A stretch of 63,939 bases of DNA, the filler included, from Dugesia japonica (lineage: Eukaryota), in assembly GCA_001938525.1 (NCBI GenBank). It is 5 parts of 5 records of this genome, joined end to end, with 100 filler letters (N's around TTAATTAATTAA, not from the genome) between each part and the next. Parts side by side here need not be neighbours in the genome. Positions count along the whole stretch, not along the records: positions 1 to 15,865 come from MQRL01621496.1; positions 15,966 to 30,538 come from MQRL01546055.1; 3 more parts are not named here. One strand, written 5' to 3'. Position 1 is the first letter of the stretch. Each line of letters begins with the position of its first letter. Below are positions 11,950-25,200 of this stretch, piece after piece. Under the pieces are notes generated by a model. The model searched no databases. It was given only the letters and a program-made list of their open reading frames with translations, and was not told where the DNA came from. The position numbers and the translations under genes were made by a program.

Positions 11950-14900
11950 ACTTATAATATTCAATTGTTAAATGTAATTTTATTTTGAATGCAAAACAAC
12001 CTTTGAGATGCAACTCAACGACTCGGAAATAGTTATAATTAATAACTTCATAATTCATTTTATATATTGTATAAAAAATTAATCAAACATTTACCATAAA
12101 TACTGGAAAAATTAAAACTTTTAGATTTTAAAATAAAATTTTTTATGTGGCGTTTTTCGCATTTCAATGGATATTCTGCAACTTCCGATTTGTTTAACAA
12201 GCGAGTTTTCATGGTTAAATTACCATTCGAAATTCTATGTGACTTTGTTAGTTTCTTAACGAAATACTCCTTAATATTATCATTATTCATTATATATAGA
12301 GAAAATTAAACTTCTATTATTCTTTCCACTTCATTGAAATCTGAAGACACTTCTGAAGTAACAGATGAAGTAGATTGTGAACTGATTGAAGAACTTGTTA
12401 TGTATGAAGATGATGAATTTGGAGATTCAGTCAAATAAACTGTATATATAAACCTTTATCATAAATAATGAAATACTACTTATATCATTATTAGACACAC
12501 ACATTGATAAACTGATAAGAATTTCTTTAACTTATAAATCCATGAAGTATTTAAAAAAAATTACATTTATTATCAACAAATTCATTAGCACAGCAAAAGT
12601 AACTCGACTTTCTATAAAATTTTCAAAGTGTATAAAAACTGATTAATTTTATAAATTTAAAACAAAACGTTGAATTAGAAATTTTTATTCGCTGTAATAA
12701 AAATACAATTTAAACACTTTTCAAGCAATTTAGAATTTCTTCCAGTGTTCTTTTAGTATTAACTTTCGGTGACTTCTAATTTTAAAATTATCACATCAAA
12801 AAATATGAATTACTGACTTTTTTAGAAAAAGCATTCTTTTTAAGTAAATAACCATTTTTCATTAAACCCTTAAGATTTTTATTAAATAAGGAATCATAAA
12901 TGTCACCGGCTCCGACGAATGCACTTCTATAAAGCTAAAAACGATATCAGATTTTTCAAAAAAAAATTAAAAAGACTTCATTAATCGGATTTGATAAACA
13001 ATCCATAATATTGCTTTTATTTTTCATATAAATTATCTAAAACAGTAAATTAGAAAATTATGAATGTATCTATAACTTCTTCCATTGATGGGAAATTGCG
13101 ACTAATAGACCGAAATTTCCAATAATTTAAAAGATTATCAGTCATTTTACGAATTCCTCTTTTTAAATTTTTCGTCAAAAATAATTGACAAGATTTATTT
13201 TTTGAAATTTCTTCTAATGTTTTCCCATATAAATTTAAGCTAAACTGATGAATGTTTTCAGGCATAGGCTTTAAGAAATCAGGAGATGGCGACTCACATT
13301 CAGAATATGCATCTATTCATACTAATAAAATAATTTATATAAGCTAAAGTACTTGAAGATCCATTAAATTTTTTCATACTATCTGTATCTATCATTTGAA
13401 TTAATAAACGACCTTCTTGTCTAAAAAAAACAAAAAGAAAGCAAAGCAATCCTTGGCTAATACAAAAATCAATCGATTCATTAACGTATTTAATTTCTTG
13501 TGGTAAATACAGTTCTCGATTAGTCATCAAGCCTCCAGTTCCGCTTTAAAACTAATTTAAATTATCTAAGATATAGAATTTACCTTGGGTCACACTTTGA
13601 ATGAAAATAATAAATATCCAAGAGATCTTTACTAGATTCCAAGCCGGTACACACTATTTGTTGTGATACTTTCACAATTTGTTGGACAATTCTGGGTATT
13701 GTAAGCCATAAAAACGTTTTTGTATTATACAAGATTCGAATCTTATTGTCAATAGTCGATGATGCTTCAGAATTTAATTCATTATTATCAATCAATATCT
13801 TCAATACTTTATTATAACAATCATTTTCCTCATTGGAGCCATTTTCTGCAAGAAAATTCTAGCTTGGTATTTTGATAAAATAAGTACTTACCAATAAAAT
13901 CATCCAAATCATTATCATCTTGAAATGTTTTACTACTATAAATTTTAAGAACTGATAATCTATCAATTAAAACATGAAAAAGTCTCAGAAATGTGTACCT
14001 AAACAAAATAAATCTATAAATTAATTAATCAAATACATGTAAGAATTTCCAATCATAAGTTTGTATTTTAATGGGTTTGGTCGTATTTCATAATTGTGTG
14101 ATTTTGTACCATCACTCATCTTCAAACTTTTATTCTCAATGACCTTTAATTAATCGTAAAATAAATAATAATCGTAAAATAAATAATTACATAATCGTCC
14201 TTATCATTATGTATTCTTTTACATTTGAATTTTCTATCCAAAGGTGTAGAATTATGATTTCTGTCCTTTGATTCTTTATTCACATCATCCATAAAATTGG
14301 AAATATTAATACCAGAAGTGCCAAAAAAATAACCAACAATCTGATTAAACTAATATACATTGTAAATAATTATTAATTTTATAAGAATATACAAAATTAA
14401 AAAGCAAATGTTTATCTTCCTTAGACAAATTATTTTGAAAATGAATTTGATTCATTATCAATTTATTGGAATTTTCAATTATGTCTTTCATAGAAATACC
14501 AGTATTAGATCCGAATAATTCTGATTCCGCGGGAAATAACAAAGTTAAATGAGGACCTATTAATGATTGAAAATTAACAGGCGTTTCTAATATATTTCCA
14601 TAAATTCCTTTCGGAATATTTTGTGTGTGAACCATATGGTCATAAACAAAGTTTGTATCAGTTTTAGATAAAAATCTAACAAAATCACTGTTTAAAAAAT
14701 TACGACTTGTTGTCAGAAATCCCTAAACTTTTATCATGGAATTGAAAGAATTTTGTAAAATTACTTTAGATAAGCTGTCGATTTGCGAAAAAAAGACAGA
14801 GCGCTTTAAAAATACAGCATCGCGTTTAGTCCAATCTCCTTGATAATCAAGAGACTGCCAATAATGTTTGTTAGCCCTATCTTCCCACACCATCTTAAAT

Positions 14901-15851
14901 TTTGAATGAATTTGATTCCACTCTTTTGCCTTCTCCTGCATTCTACTTATAACTAAAGGAATTGCCATTTTTGGTCGAACTTTGAGGCCCTCAATCATAT
15001 TATCAGTAGCATCTCCATAGATTCTATTATTCATTGTTTTAAATAATATCTTAAGGTTAGACGTACCTAAATATCGCTTTTCTCATTAAAATAGCAGATG
15101 AGCCACCTATACTATCATCAAGTTGGAATTTTAACTTCTCCTCTTTTGACATAGTTTCCATTCTCTTATTTATTTCACATAAATGCTTTAGAGCATATTT
15201 ATTTATTTCTTGAAACATGTCAACTTCATATCTTTCATCTTCCAGTTTATTTATCTGTTCCTCGTGCATATTTTTCTTTGACGATACAGCAGAAGTATCT
15301 TCAGATATCATCGAAGGAAAACATATGTAATCGTTATTCAAGCAATCACTGCAATTGGTTAAATGAACACGACCACTACACGTTTTATGGTTATAATCAG
15401 AAGGTAAAATTCTATAACTAGGACCACCATCATTGAGAATTGTAAATTTTAAGTCTTTACGAACTCGAAAATTAACATCACGAGTACTCAAAAGCATATT
15501 TTTTATATCTACTCTACAGTTTTCTTTCTGTATCTAAAAAATATAAAGTGCATTTGAAAATTTAAATGTTACTTTTTCCATAATTTCAACAAAATCGTAA
15601 TAGAAATGAGTAAAATTATCATCAAAAAGTGATTTGACACTATTCTTAAGTTGTACAGAATCAATTTTCAGGTCATTAAACAATTTTATACAATTATGTA
15701 AATGCGCTACTAAATAATCATAATTCAATGGATTTGATTTTAAAAAATGTAATTTAATTTTATGGAATAAATTAATAATATCTAATTCTAATTTAGATAA
15801 ACCTATTTCAAATCTTGATAAATCAGAAACTTGAGATTCAAGAAAACTCAT
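11950..15851 (-). CDS. SIN3: Sin3-like transcriptional corepressor (PAH3-like, HDAC-interacting and C-terminal regions), multi-exon, possibly 5'-incomplete
   Basis: Manual splicing over GT-AG introns (e.g. 15534-15572, 39 nt; others about 40-47 nt) gives a continuous frame. It includes GPSYRILP...CSGR...LNNDYICFPS..SED...SSKKNMHEEQINKLEDERYEVD, KAIFRIYGD, PLVISRMQEKAKEW, YWQSLDYQG, YTFLRLFHVLIDRL and LTIPRIVQQIVK, all Sin3 hallmarks. Exons below ~12700 are less certain and may belong to a neighbouring gene. Confidence 0.9.
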
Positions 15852-15865
15852 GATAAAATTTAATA

Positions 15866-15965
15866 NNNNNNNNNNNNNNNNNNNNNNNNNNNNNNNNNNN
15901 NNNNNNNNNTTAATTAATTAANNNNNNNNNNNNNNNNNNNNNNNNNNNNNNNNNNNNNNNNNNNN
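15866..15965. other. Artificial contig linker (44N-TTAATTAATTAA-44N)
   Basis: Exactly 100 nt with a 12-mer giving stops in all six frames; same construct at 30539, 41428 and 51440. Confidence 0.95.
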
Positions 15966-16122
15966 AAAAATTGTGAAACATGTTTGAGAATCTGTCCGAA
16001 ACCGAAAAGATTTCTTCATGGGAAGTTGTCTACAACCAGAATATGGCATAGATTGTATATTGGCATCACGCACTATCAAAATAAAGTTTATTTGACCTTT
16101 GTAGATTCATGTTCAAGAAAAT
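15966..16122 (+). mobile_element. Integrase N-terminal fragment of an LTR retrotransposon
   Basis: Translates KNCETCLRICPKP...WHRLYIGITHYQNKVYLTFVDSCSR (zinc-binding CxxC and start of the rve core). Confidence 0.75.
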
Positions 16123-16198
16123 TGTTATTGGAGATCATAAACCGATGGATGCTATAGCATCAATGTTGCTGCTAGATGTGCTGCCAGGTGATATAACA
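16123..16198 (-). mobile_element. Putative very short (76-bp) 3' LTR
   Basis: TGTTAT...ATAACA inverted ends; directly follows a purine-rich GGGAGCG just after the integrase stop on the minus strand. Confidence 0.65.
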
Positions 16199-16217
16199 CG
16201 CTCCCATGATCTCAAGA

Positions 16218-17010
16218 TCAATCAAGATCATAATTGGCTAAACGCTCTGGTAAACGTCTAGTACGCTCTGTTAGCGCATCCCTCTGAGTAGTTGATCCTT
16301 GTGCTTCATAATCATTAGACATTGAATCATCAAAAGCTTCATCGTCACTGTCTGTCTCACTGTCATCTGAGCTCTCATACTGCATTTCTTTCTCCTCGGA
16401 AAGCAAAGATTTTTCTTGGAACTTCCGAACATGCGATACGTGTCTTGAAACACCGTCACTATCCAGTTTGATACTAGCCGCCGAGTGAATTTTTGAGATT
16501 TTATGTGGCCCCGTCCAAGGATCATCACATCTGCCAGTAGATCGTAAATATACTAAATCGTCAATCTTAAACGGATTGTTGTCCAAATCTTGGTAAGGAT
16601 CATATTCATCGTTGCTTGATCGGCTTGATCCTGTAGCATGTGCAGCTGAGCTTCTTTCTCCTACATTGGGTAAACGCGGCTCAACGCGAAACATTAGCTC
16701 ATATGGACTTGCATGATGTCTACCGGCAGTACCATTGTACCACAACACACACTCGGCAACCGTTTTTCCTGTTCGTGCGGCCATGGTCTTTATCGTAAAA
16801 TGATTCCGTTCACACATTCCATTTCCTTGGGGACGATATGCAGATGTAAAAAGTTGATTAACACACCAAATCTCCATCATTTTTCTTAACCGCGCGACCT
16901 GGTAAGTCATACCGTTATCCGAATAAAATTCGTTAGGACGGCCGAATTCTGAAAACACGCTCTCTATCTGCTCATGTACTTCTTCGCTTGTTTCGTTCTT
17001 AACATTCCTT
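16218..17010 (-). mobile_element. Ty3/Gypsy-type integrase core and C-terminus (open frame)
   Basis: FGRPNEFYSDNG...FTSAYRPQGNGMCERNH (second D and E of DDE), W-TGPHKI motif, ends RTRRLPERLANY. Confidence 0.9.
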
Positions 17011-17252
17011 TGGTTCCACTGATAAACGCAATAACATTGTCATTGTGTTCTCGGGTATATGAATGGTTTGAGATGAGGAGTTCTGTGAGCATTGCGCCTA
17101 TGTAGATCGGATGTCCACAGTAAGCTTGGCGTCAACATGGTTATATTGTCGGAGGATAGAATACCCAGGTTGTTTAATGAGAGAAGTAACGGCTCAGGGG
17201 AGAAATCCTGCAGGCAAAACTCTCCACGTCATTCAGTATTGGGATAGCATCT

Positions 17253-17711
17253 ATGACTAGGCTTGGCTTCGGGTTGAACATTGCGCCGAAGGTTATGCCG
17301 AAGATAGTTGAGAGAGTTTTATCGGAAAATAAAACGTTCCAAGCTACAAGTTATATCGATTACATTTTTATCACGCCAAGAGGTTATGTAGCTAAGGAAG
17401 TTGTCGAGCATTTTGAAAGGTATGGATTGTCATCAAAACCCATAGAGAGATTGGGAGGTGGTGAAAATATCAGAGTTTTGGGTCTTAGCGTGAATAATGA
17501 CTACCAATGGTGTAGAGATAAGGAGTTGCCTCAGTACAAAAATGGCACGCTGACGCGGAGGGCAGTGCATGGAATCTTAGGTGAGTGGGTTAGTCACGTT
17601 CCTGTTGGCGGATGGTTAAGAGTAGCATGTGCGTATATACAACAATCAACGGCAAAGGAGAAAATAGGACGGAATGAAATTGTTATTGGCCGGATATGTT
17701 TTAATATCTGA
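17253..17711 (+). mobile_element. LTR-retrotransposon reverse transcriptase fragment
   Basis: MTRLGFGLNIAPKVM, SYIDYI (degenerate YxDD) and IRVLGL motifs. Confidence 0.8.
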
Positions 17712-18039
17712 ATTAACGAGACAGATTGGCTTTTGAAATTGAATAAATAAATTTTGGTTACAGTCGATTTTTAGTTATTGTTCCCAACAGATATTATAAT
17801 AGATTTGACTTGTTTTTATTTGGGTTTGATACGGGCTTTAAGTACTTTTCGAATATTTAAGAGTTTATTGAGTTTACGTGAATTCTAAGGGTTTTATAAT
17901 GGTATTTATATAGAGTTATAATAGGTTTTACATACTTGTATAAGGCTTTCTATAGTTGGATAAGGCTTTTATACATGCTTTAAGGATTTCATCGAATATT
18001 TGGTAAATCTATTTGGTAAAAAGATTGATTTTCAACCAG

Positions 18040-18620
18040 ATATTTTGAAACCAGATAAATTGATAAGATGAATTTTCAGAATAACTTTAAAAAACATAGG
18101 GAGAGAATTACAGAAAAGAGAAAACAGATTCCAAAAGAAACTAAAGCAGAAAATCAGAACACTACATTAAATATTGGAGATTGGGTAATGGTAAAAACAG
18201 AAAAGAGAGGGTTAATAAAAAAGATATACAGGACCGTGGATGATAAGCAAGTTTCTCAGTAATTATAATTTAGAATTAGATGACAGAATGAAAGTAATTC
18301 GTCGAAATCTTCACCAAGTAAAACGATTCAAGGAAGAATTCAGAAATAAAAAATAAACGGTTAATGAATCAATCATTAGTGCCACATATTTGACAGTTAA
18401 CAAAAATGATGCAAAACGTTTTCTTATAGACATCTAAGAAGAATACGAAAGGCGATATTCAACGAGAGAGAGAGAGGAAGCCAAATCCAAAATATTTCAT
18501 CAACTTTTAAAAGAAAGAGGATTGTGATGTGTTTTAATAGTATTAATTAATTAGTGTAGATTTTAAATAAATTTTAGTAAACCCAAGTTTTTTTATTCAA
18601 TTATAAAAACACTAATCCAA
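18040..18620 (+). mobile_element. Gypsy integrase C-terminal remnant, PPT and start of 3' LTR
   Basis: LNIGDWVMVK...YTGPW...IRRNLHQVKRF across frameshifts; purine tract aaaagaaagagga (18509-18521) followed by TGTGATG. Confidence 0.65.
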
Positions 18621-19213
18621 AAATAAAACAGTAAATTTTTATAGTTTTTCTTGTTTAATAAAATTTGTAAAATATTTGATTATTTGTTGGTTAATTTATA
18701 GAAATTTTATTATTATATTGTTCTCTGTGTATCATACACCAACACAGCATACATCCCGGTTGTTCCAACATTGAGACAGGATAATCTACCAGGCTCAGCA
18801 GATTCCTTTGATAATAAAATAAAAGATATAATAATAGCTAAAACTAATTAAAATAAAATAATAACAATAGGAGTTATTATGGTATATTCATATAATATAA
18901 TTCAGATTAAGATAATAGAACTTTACAAATTGTATTTTATTTATTAACTTAACTAATAGGAAAACGCCCCAATCTTTTATCACGCTCGATTTAACACAAC
19001 AAATTTGTTTCAAAAGAAAAGAAATAAAAAAAATAAAACCCTAAATTGAAAATATTTAAAATCTGTTCTTCAATTGTTGTGCTTTCAGATTAGCTAGTAT
19101 TAACGCAGTAAGCTATATCCTTCATTTACCTCATTTGTTTGCAAACATAAAACATAATCAAATTTGCATTGAAAAAGAAGAAATAGAAATCCTAAAACTC
19201 TAAGATAACGAAA

Positions 19214-22200
19214 ATGAGTTTTGTAAACTATGAAAACGAAGAGCTGAACATAAATTCAATTTTTAAATCGAAAAAAAACATTCTCAACTATTTTAGTTAT
19301 GAAAATGGAACCCCACAAAAGTGGCTGGACTTCGTCAAGCTCAAATTACCATTATTGGGGATCAAATCTTCTGGAACACTATGTTCACATACCCTTTCAG
19401 CTCTTACCTAATGAAAATTTATTTAAATATTATAATTTAATTACTTCACCTTGCCATTCAAAGCATGTTTGATGAATTAAATACTTCCAATGTTAATCAA
19501 GTTTTCAACAAAAATTATTCAGAAGCAGATCAATTAGAAAATTATTTTAGCTTACTGAATCAAACTTATCAACAAAATGCTGCTATTAAAATGAAAAATA
19601 GCCTGTCAAATTTAAATCAATTCAATGATGTAAAAAATGCTATTAATAATCGAGAAATAAATCAATTGGGAACTTACATTAACCTTTTGAATCAAACTAT
19701 TCACGATTATGCCGCTATTAAAATGCATAATAGCATACAAACCAATAATCAATCCAATGTTGTAAAAAATGGGCTCATCAACAAGAACATAGATCAATAT
19801 TACCAATCAAACAATTCAGAAATAAAAACATTTCATTATTCCACCAATTCCAGTTTAAATAACTCTCAATATGAATATTACAACAGAGATCTTTTTTTAC
19901 AATTTTTCAAGGATTTCAGTCACGAAAAGCATTTTCTCTACCAAGATACAATGCAATTTATCGAGTACTTAAAATTAAAGATCATAAGATTTACCAAATT
20001 ATACTCTGCTTGTGACACTATTATGGATATTGGTAAATTCAAGGATGATCAGGTATCTAATGATTTCATATCTTTTATTATTAATACCAGTGATAAAAAA
20101 TATGATATATGTGACAAAACAATTCTTAAACTTAAAAATCTCCTAATTGAAATTTTCTGGAAATTATTGATTCTTTTTTCAATTGTTAAATCTGAGGAAA
20201 CAGATAATTTTTTTAATAAGATATGTGACGAAGATATTTTATTCCTCGAAATAATTAATACTTACTTCAACTGGAAAAGTTTAGAACATACTAATCTCAC
20301 TTACATAAATATTGAAAATTCTATTGAAAATTTAGAAAATTCTTCAATTAATAATCCCTGGTCTGAATTTACTAATGATTCTTTATCAAAAAACAAATCT
20401 TTGATATTAAAATTTAAAAAAATACTTTTGGCAAATTATCGAATTTTAAAAATGAAACTCCTGAAACAACAAATATTATCAATGCAAATTTTTCTGTAAC
20501 TTCTAATTTTACTAAAATGACTGATAATCTAAATATTAGAGAAGATTTTAAATGTGAAAATGAAAATTTAAAAAATAATTCTCAAATTCAAATGCATAAT
20601 TATATAACAAATAGCGGAAAAATTGTTAATAAAGAAGAAATTAAATCTTCAATTTTGAACTCTAATGAAATTAGTAAAATTAATATCAATGAAAATATTA
20701 ATTTAAATATTAATGATATTAACAAAAAAATGGCAGCCTTGTTTATATTACACCAATTGATGGCACAAATTCTAATGAAAAAATTTTTAAAAAAATTAAA
20801 AAGACGCACGAACAAACCAGCTTAGTAAGTAAAGATCAAACTATTATTTCTTTGAACAGTCAAACTCAGGAATCTGAGACGGAGCAAGTCTCTTTCAATA
20901 ATAATATGTCTCCATTGAATGTCAAAAACTACTTCAGACTGAAAGTACGTTTTCATAAAACTACTCTTTTCACTCTTCTCGAACATTATCTGAAAAATAA
21001 CTTTCTCTCAGAAAATAGTCTCTAAAATTCTCTCAATTGCTGAAAAAAATCTTAATTTCCTCTTCCCTCCTTGGGAAAGTTACCAAATCTCTTGATCAAG
21101 ACTTCTTAAAATTCATTAAGTGTCAAAATGGTAACAAACCTACTCCTTGGGAACTCAATATTCTCAATCATCTTTTAGATCTTAACAACCTCATTGATTT
21201 TGATAACATTAAACATGCAAGATTTTCATTTATTCAACGGGTGGCAACAAAAATTAAATCTAGTGACTTTGCTCTAAAAAAATAAGACATGCATATCAAA
21301 TTCCAAATCACCTCACTTGCTGAAACTTTAATGAAAAATAACTTAAAAATTAAAAAAATTCTTAATAGAAGAAATCTTATCACCGAATTGTTCGTCATTA
21401 AAACATCTAATGATATTATCGACAATATACAAAAACACTCAAACAATCTAGCCTCGTTTGCTAAACTTGAACTGGACTCAGTCATTAACAATTTCAATTA
21501 TCACATAAACATTACTGAAAAAACTGAAATAGCAAGTCAGTTTTTAAGTTCCTCAACCGACTTGAAAGTACTTACCAACTAAAAAAGTTGAACTCAAATG
21601 ATTTAAATTATATCAGAGATCAATCCCTTAACTATTCAATCTACATCAAAAAGAAAAGTATTCGAAAAATAATAGTTGGCATCCGTGAGGGAGAAGGATC
21701 AAATTATTGTTCATCTATTGAATCTATCGAAGAATGCAATCAGTATTATCAGTCTCTAAAAAACACTGACACTAGAGATGGAAATCCATCCCATGTTGCA
21801 GAATTTCATAATCCCTCCTCATCCAAATCTAATAAGAAACGCAATCAAGGCTCAACTAATAAAACTATTAATAGATTCCAGCTTCTGAATGAATTAACAT
21901 ATATTGATGATGCNCAACTTTCATCAGATTGTGTAGACTTAGACTGTTCTCCAACACATCGCAACATCTCCTCACCAAATTCATTTAACCAGCCTACTCT
22001 AGCTTCTAGTTTGACAAACAACTCGCAAACTCTGACTCATAACTCCATACGTGAGACCGGTAATCAATCTATCTCTAACCAGTCCACCGAAAGCATTTCT
22101 GGATTACAATATTTTCCTACTCAAGCACATAATGTCACTAATAGAATTATCAAAAACACTCATCTCAAAAACAATACTGAACGGACTTCTTCCGGCTTAA

Positions 22201-25200
22201 GTTATTCTCAAGATGATTGTCTCTCGGATGGTCTTTTCAGGTCTCTAAGCAAAATCCTTAGCTCTCCAAAACATCGTGAAAATAGCGGCAGTGATATCTT
22301 TTCTGATTCTAGTTCCAGCGACTTTTCTATTCAGGATCAAAACACGCATATCAAGACCGACAATTCTAATCAGCTGAAACTCCTACAAGTAACTCATCTG
22401 AAACAATTAGCTATCATAGCTAACCTCGTAGATTATCCTGATCCTAGGAAAATCAGCAGACAATCTCCAGATCAAGATTCTAAACAGAATAACGAAGCTA
22501 TTACTGACGTTCTTCAACAAATAATGTTCACGGACGAAACTAATAATACTAAAGAACCTACCGCAACTAGTCCAAAACATACAAAAAAATTAACTCCAAT
22601 AAAAGCCAGGAAGCCCACCACACATGATGTCAAAGCCTTGAAGTCTATCTACTCTCACAACTTCATTGCATATCGTCTCAATGTAGAAAAACAACTTAAG
22701 TGCACCCATCCGACTTCATGTGGAGGTGGAAATAAAAAATCCTATGTGATGGATAGCAAATTTCTCTTTGATCATTATTCGATTGATCATAAAATTAAAC
22801 TTAAAGAAAACTTCATCATACAATGTGATCTTTGTCCCATTTCTAATGGTCATAAGAAAGATTTCTTCTACTCTGACCTTAGATCTCATGATATCTCGTT
22901 TCACGGCTCCACACTTTCCAAACTACAAATCAAGAATGACAACAACGCCGAAAGAAGAGATCTCACTGGTTCAGGTAAGAACAGCCACTTTCTACTTGAA
23001 ATTGACTGCGTGTCTAACTCTGAAACCTGAAAATTTTCCTCCAAAAAAGACAAAAGCTGCGGAACCTCGTTTGAAAACTTAGAAAATCTTAATAAACTTA
23101 CAAAATCACATCAATATACTCCAGCAAATTGACATTGCTAACACTGACACTGTCATTCTCTGCAAATGTGGAAGTAGCACCAACTTTGATAATCTCAGAA
23201 CTCACATAGAAGTGTGCACTAAAACACCTATGAACAATCATTCTATCACCACTGAAGATTTCAATCTCCTGGAGTCTGATGCTAATGCTTTATGACTAAG
23301 CAACCATGTCGTTGAGGCTTATCTCAAGAAATTCATCTTGAATAAAGACTCTCTTTTTATTGATCCCTTTGTCAGTAATGCCCTTATGCATAACAACTGG
23401 GATGAATACTACAGCAAATTTCCTTTTAACAAAATCTTTAATGCAAAATACATCGTTTTTCCTTACAACTAGAATAACAGTCATAGGATTCTCTATTTTG
23501 TTGACCGGAATAAAAGTAGATCTATTCTTTTAGATGCTTATAGTTCCTACCTCCCAATGGATCAAATCCAGCTTCACCATAAACTTGATAAAATCTTTTC
23601 CAATTATTACTTTCCTAAAGAATAAATCTATATTCATGCTGACAGTTCATACGCTCATCCTTTACAAAAAATAGCAACGACTGTGGGATCTTCGTCATCC
23701 AATATAATAGATGTCTTCTCAGCAACACTCACATCACAGTACCTGATATCAAAGACTACCGCAAGCAAATCAAGTGTATGGTCTATGATAATATTAAACA
23801 AACAAAACTTAACCACTAAAAAGTTGCTAACCAGGATAATATTTCACAGATCACGAGAAGACTCTCTAATGGGTCAATCAATTCTACTGAAGCCCTTAAT
23901 GATATCCAAAGAGAATTAGCTAAAATTGTGCCTAGAAAATTCCTTAGTGGTAATCCGAAGCACTCGTACATCATATAAGGAATAACCTTTTAGAGTCTAG
24001 ATACAAAACTCCAGTCAAAATACCTCATGAATTCATCTGCTGTTTTTAATAGACTTATTGGCGCTTCTACTCCTGACTCGTGTCCTACCAAAAAGGACAT
24101 TATCAAAGAGTTTACTTAGAAAAAGCATAATAATCTTGACTTAACATCATACAACGAATTCAAGCTTCCTGTCTCTGAAGAGTTTCACAGCCACAATGAA
24201 ATTTTTTCCAAAGAAATTGAATTTGCTTTTAGCTGTGCTAGCAAGTCCTCTCCGTGTTTGGATAAAATTTCTTATTCGGATTGGTCGAAATTAGATGCTA
24301 AACATATCTTTCTTAAAGAACTCTACAACAAAATCATCAAGCAGAAAGATATTCCTGGTCAATGGAAAAATTTCCACACAACTTTGATTCTTAAACCTGG
24401 GAAAGAATCAGAATCACATATTATCTCCTCCTGGAGACCCATTGCTGTGCTTGATACCTCTTACAGAATCTTCGCCATCATTATGAATCACAGACTTCTC
24501 CATTGGATTAAACATGGTAACCTCCTTTCGGTTACCCAAAACGCTGTGAGTGTTTCCGATGGCTGCTCTCAGCACACTGAGAGCATTATTCAAATGATCA
24601 AAGAAAAAGCTGACAGAGAAAATTCCAAATTTAATCTTATTTGGCTTGACCTTGCTAATGCATTTGGTAGCCTGCCTCATGATTTTCTCTGGTACACTCT
24701 GAAACAATTAAGCTTTTAGGTGATCTCGATACAGATGTATCTTCTAGTTACAGTTGTTTCGACATCAACACTGGTAATATTGCTATTCATAAAGGCGTTA
24801 AACAAGGTTTTCCTATGTCTATGACTCTCTTTAGCCTTGCAATCGACTTTTTAATTCAAGATACAGCAAATAAATTTCCATTCATCAATTCAAGTTTTAA
24901 TACAGTCATCCTTGCCTATGCTGATGATCTCATGCTGATGTCCAACAATCAACGGAAAGTGTATCTATGTTAAACAACATTGTTAGTCTCGCTGAGATCA
25001 ACTTCGGCCAAGGCCTAGCAAATGTGGTTTCTTCACAAATAACAATCGATTTACTTCGAGCGAGATTCAAATCTATGGCGAAAAGCTCCCGATTATCGAT
25101 GAAGCTAACTTCTACAATTACCTCGGTGTACCTTTTGGCGAAAAAAAGAAATGCAGCCTTGAAAACATTATCTCTAAAGCCATTGAGGAGTGCATCAAAA

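Noticed and set aside
11950-15851. Non-canonical introns or stop-codon reassignment suggested by the fragmented ORFs
   Set aside because: Host-gene fragments join with ordinary GT-AG introns under the standard code; stops in TE frames are scattered decay.
18720-19200. 5' HDV-like ribozyme or SL/U2 target for the RLE element
   Set aside because: I could not build the nested pseudoknot or recognise an snRNA/SL sequence by eye; needs an Infernal search.
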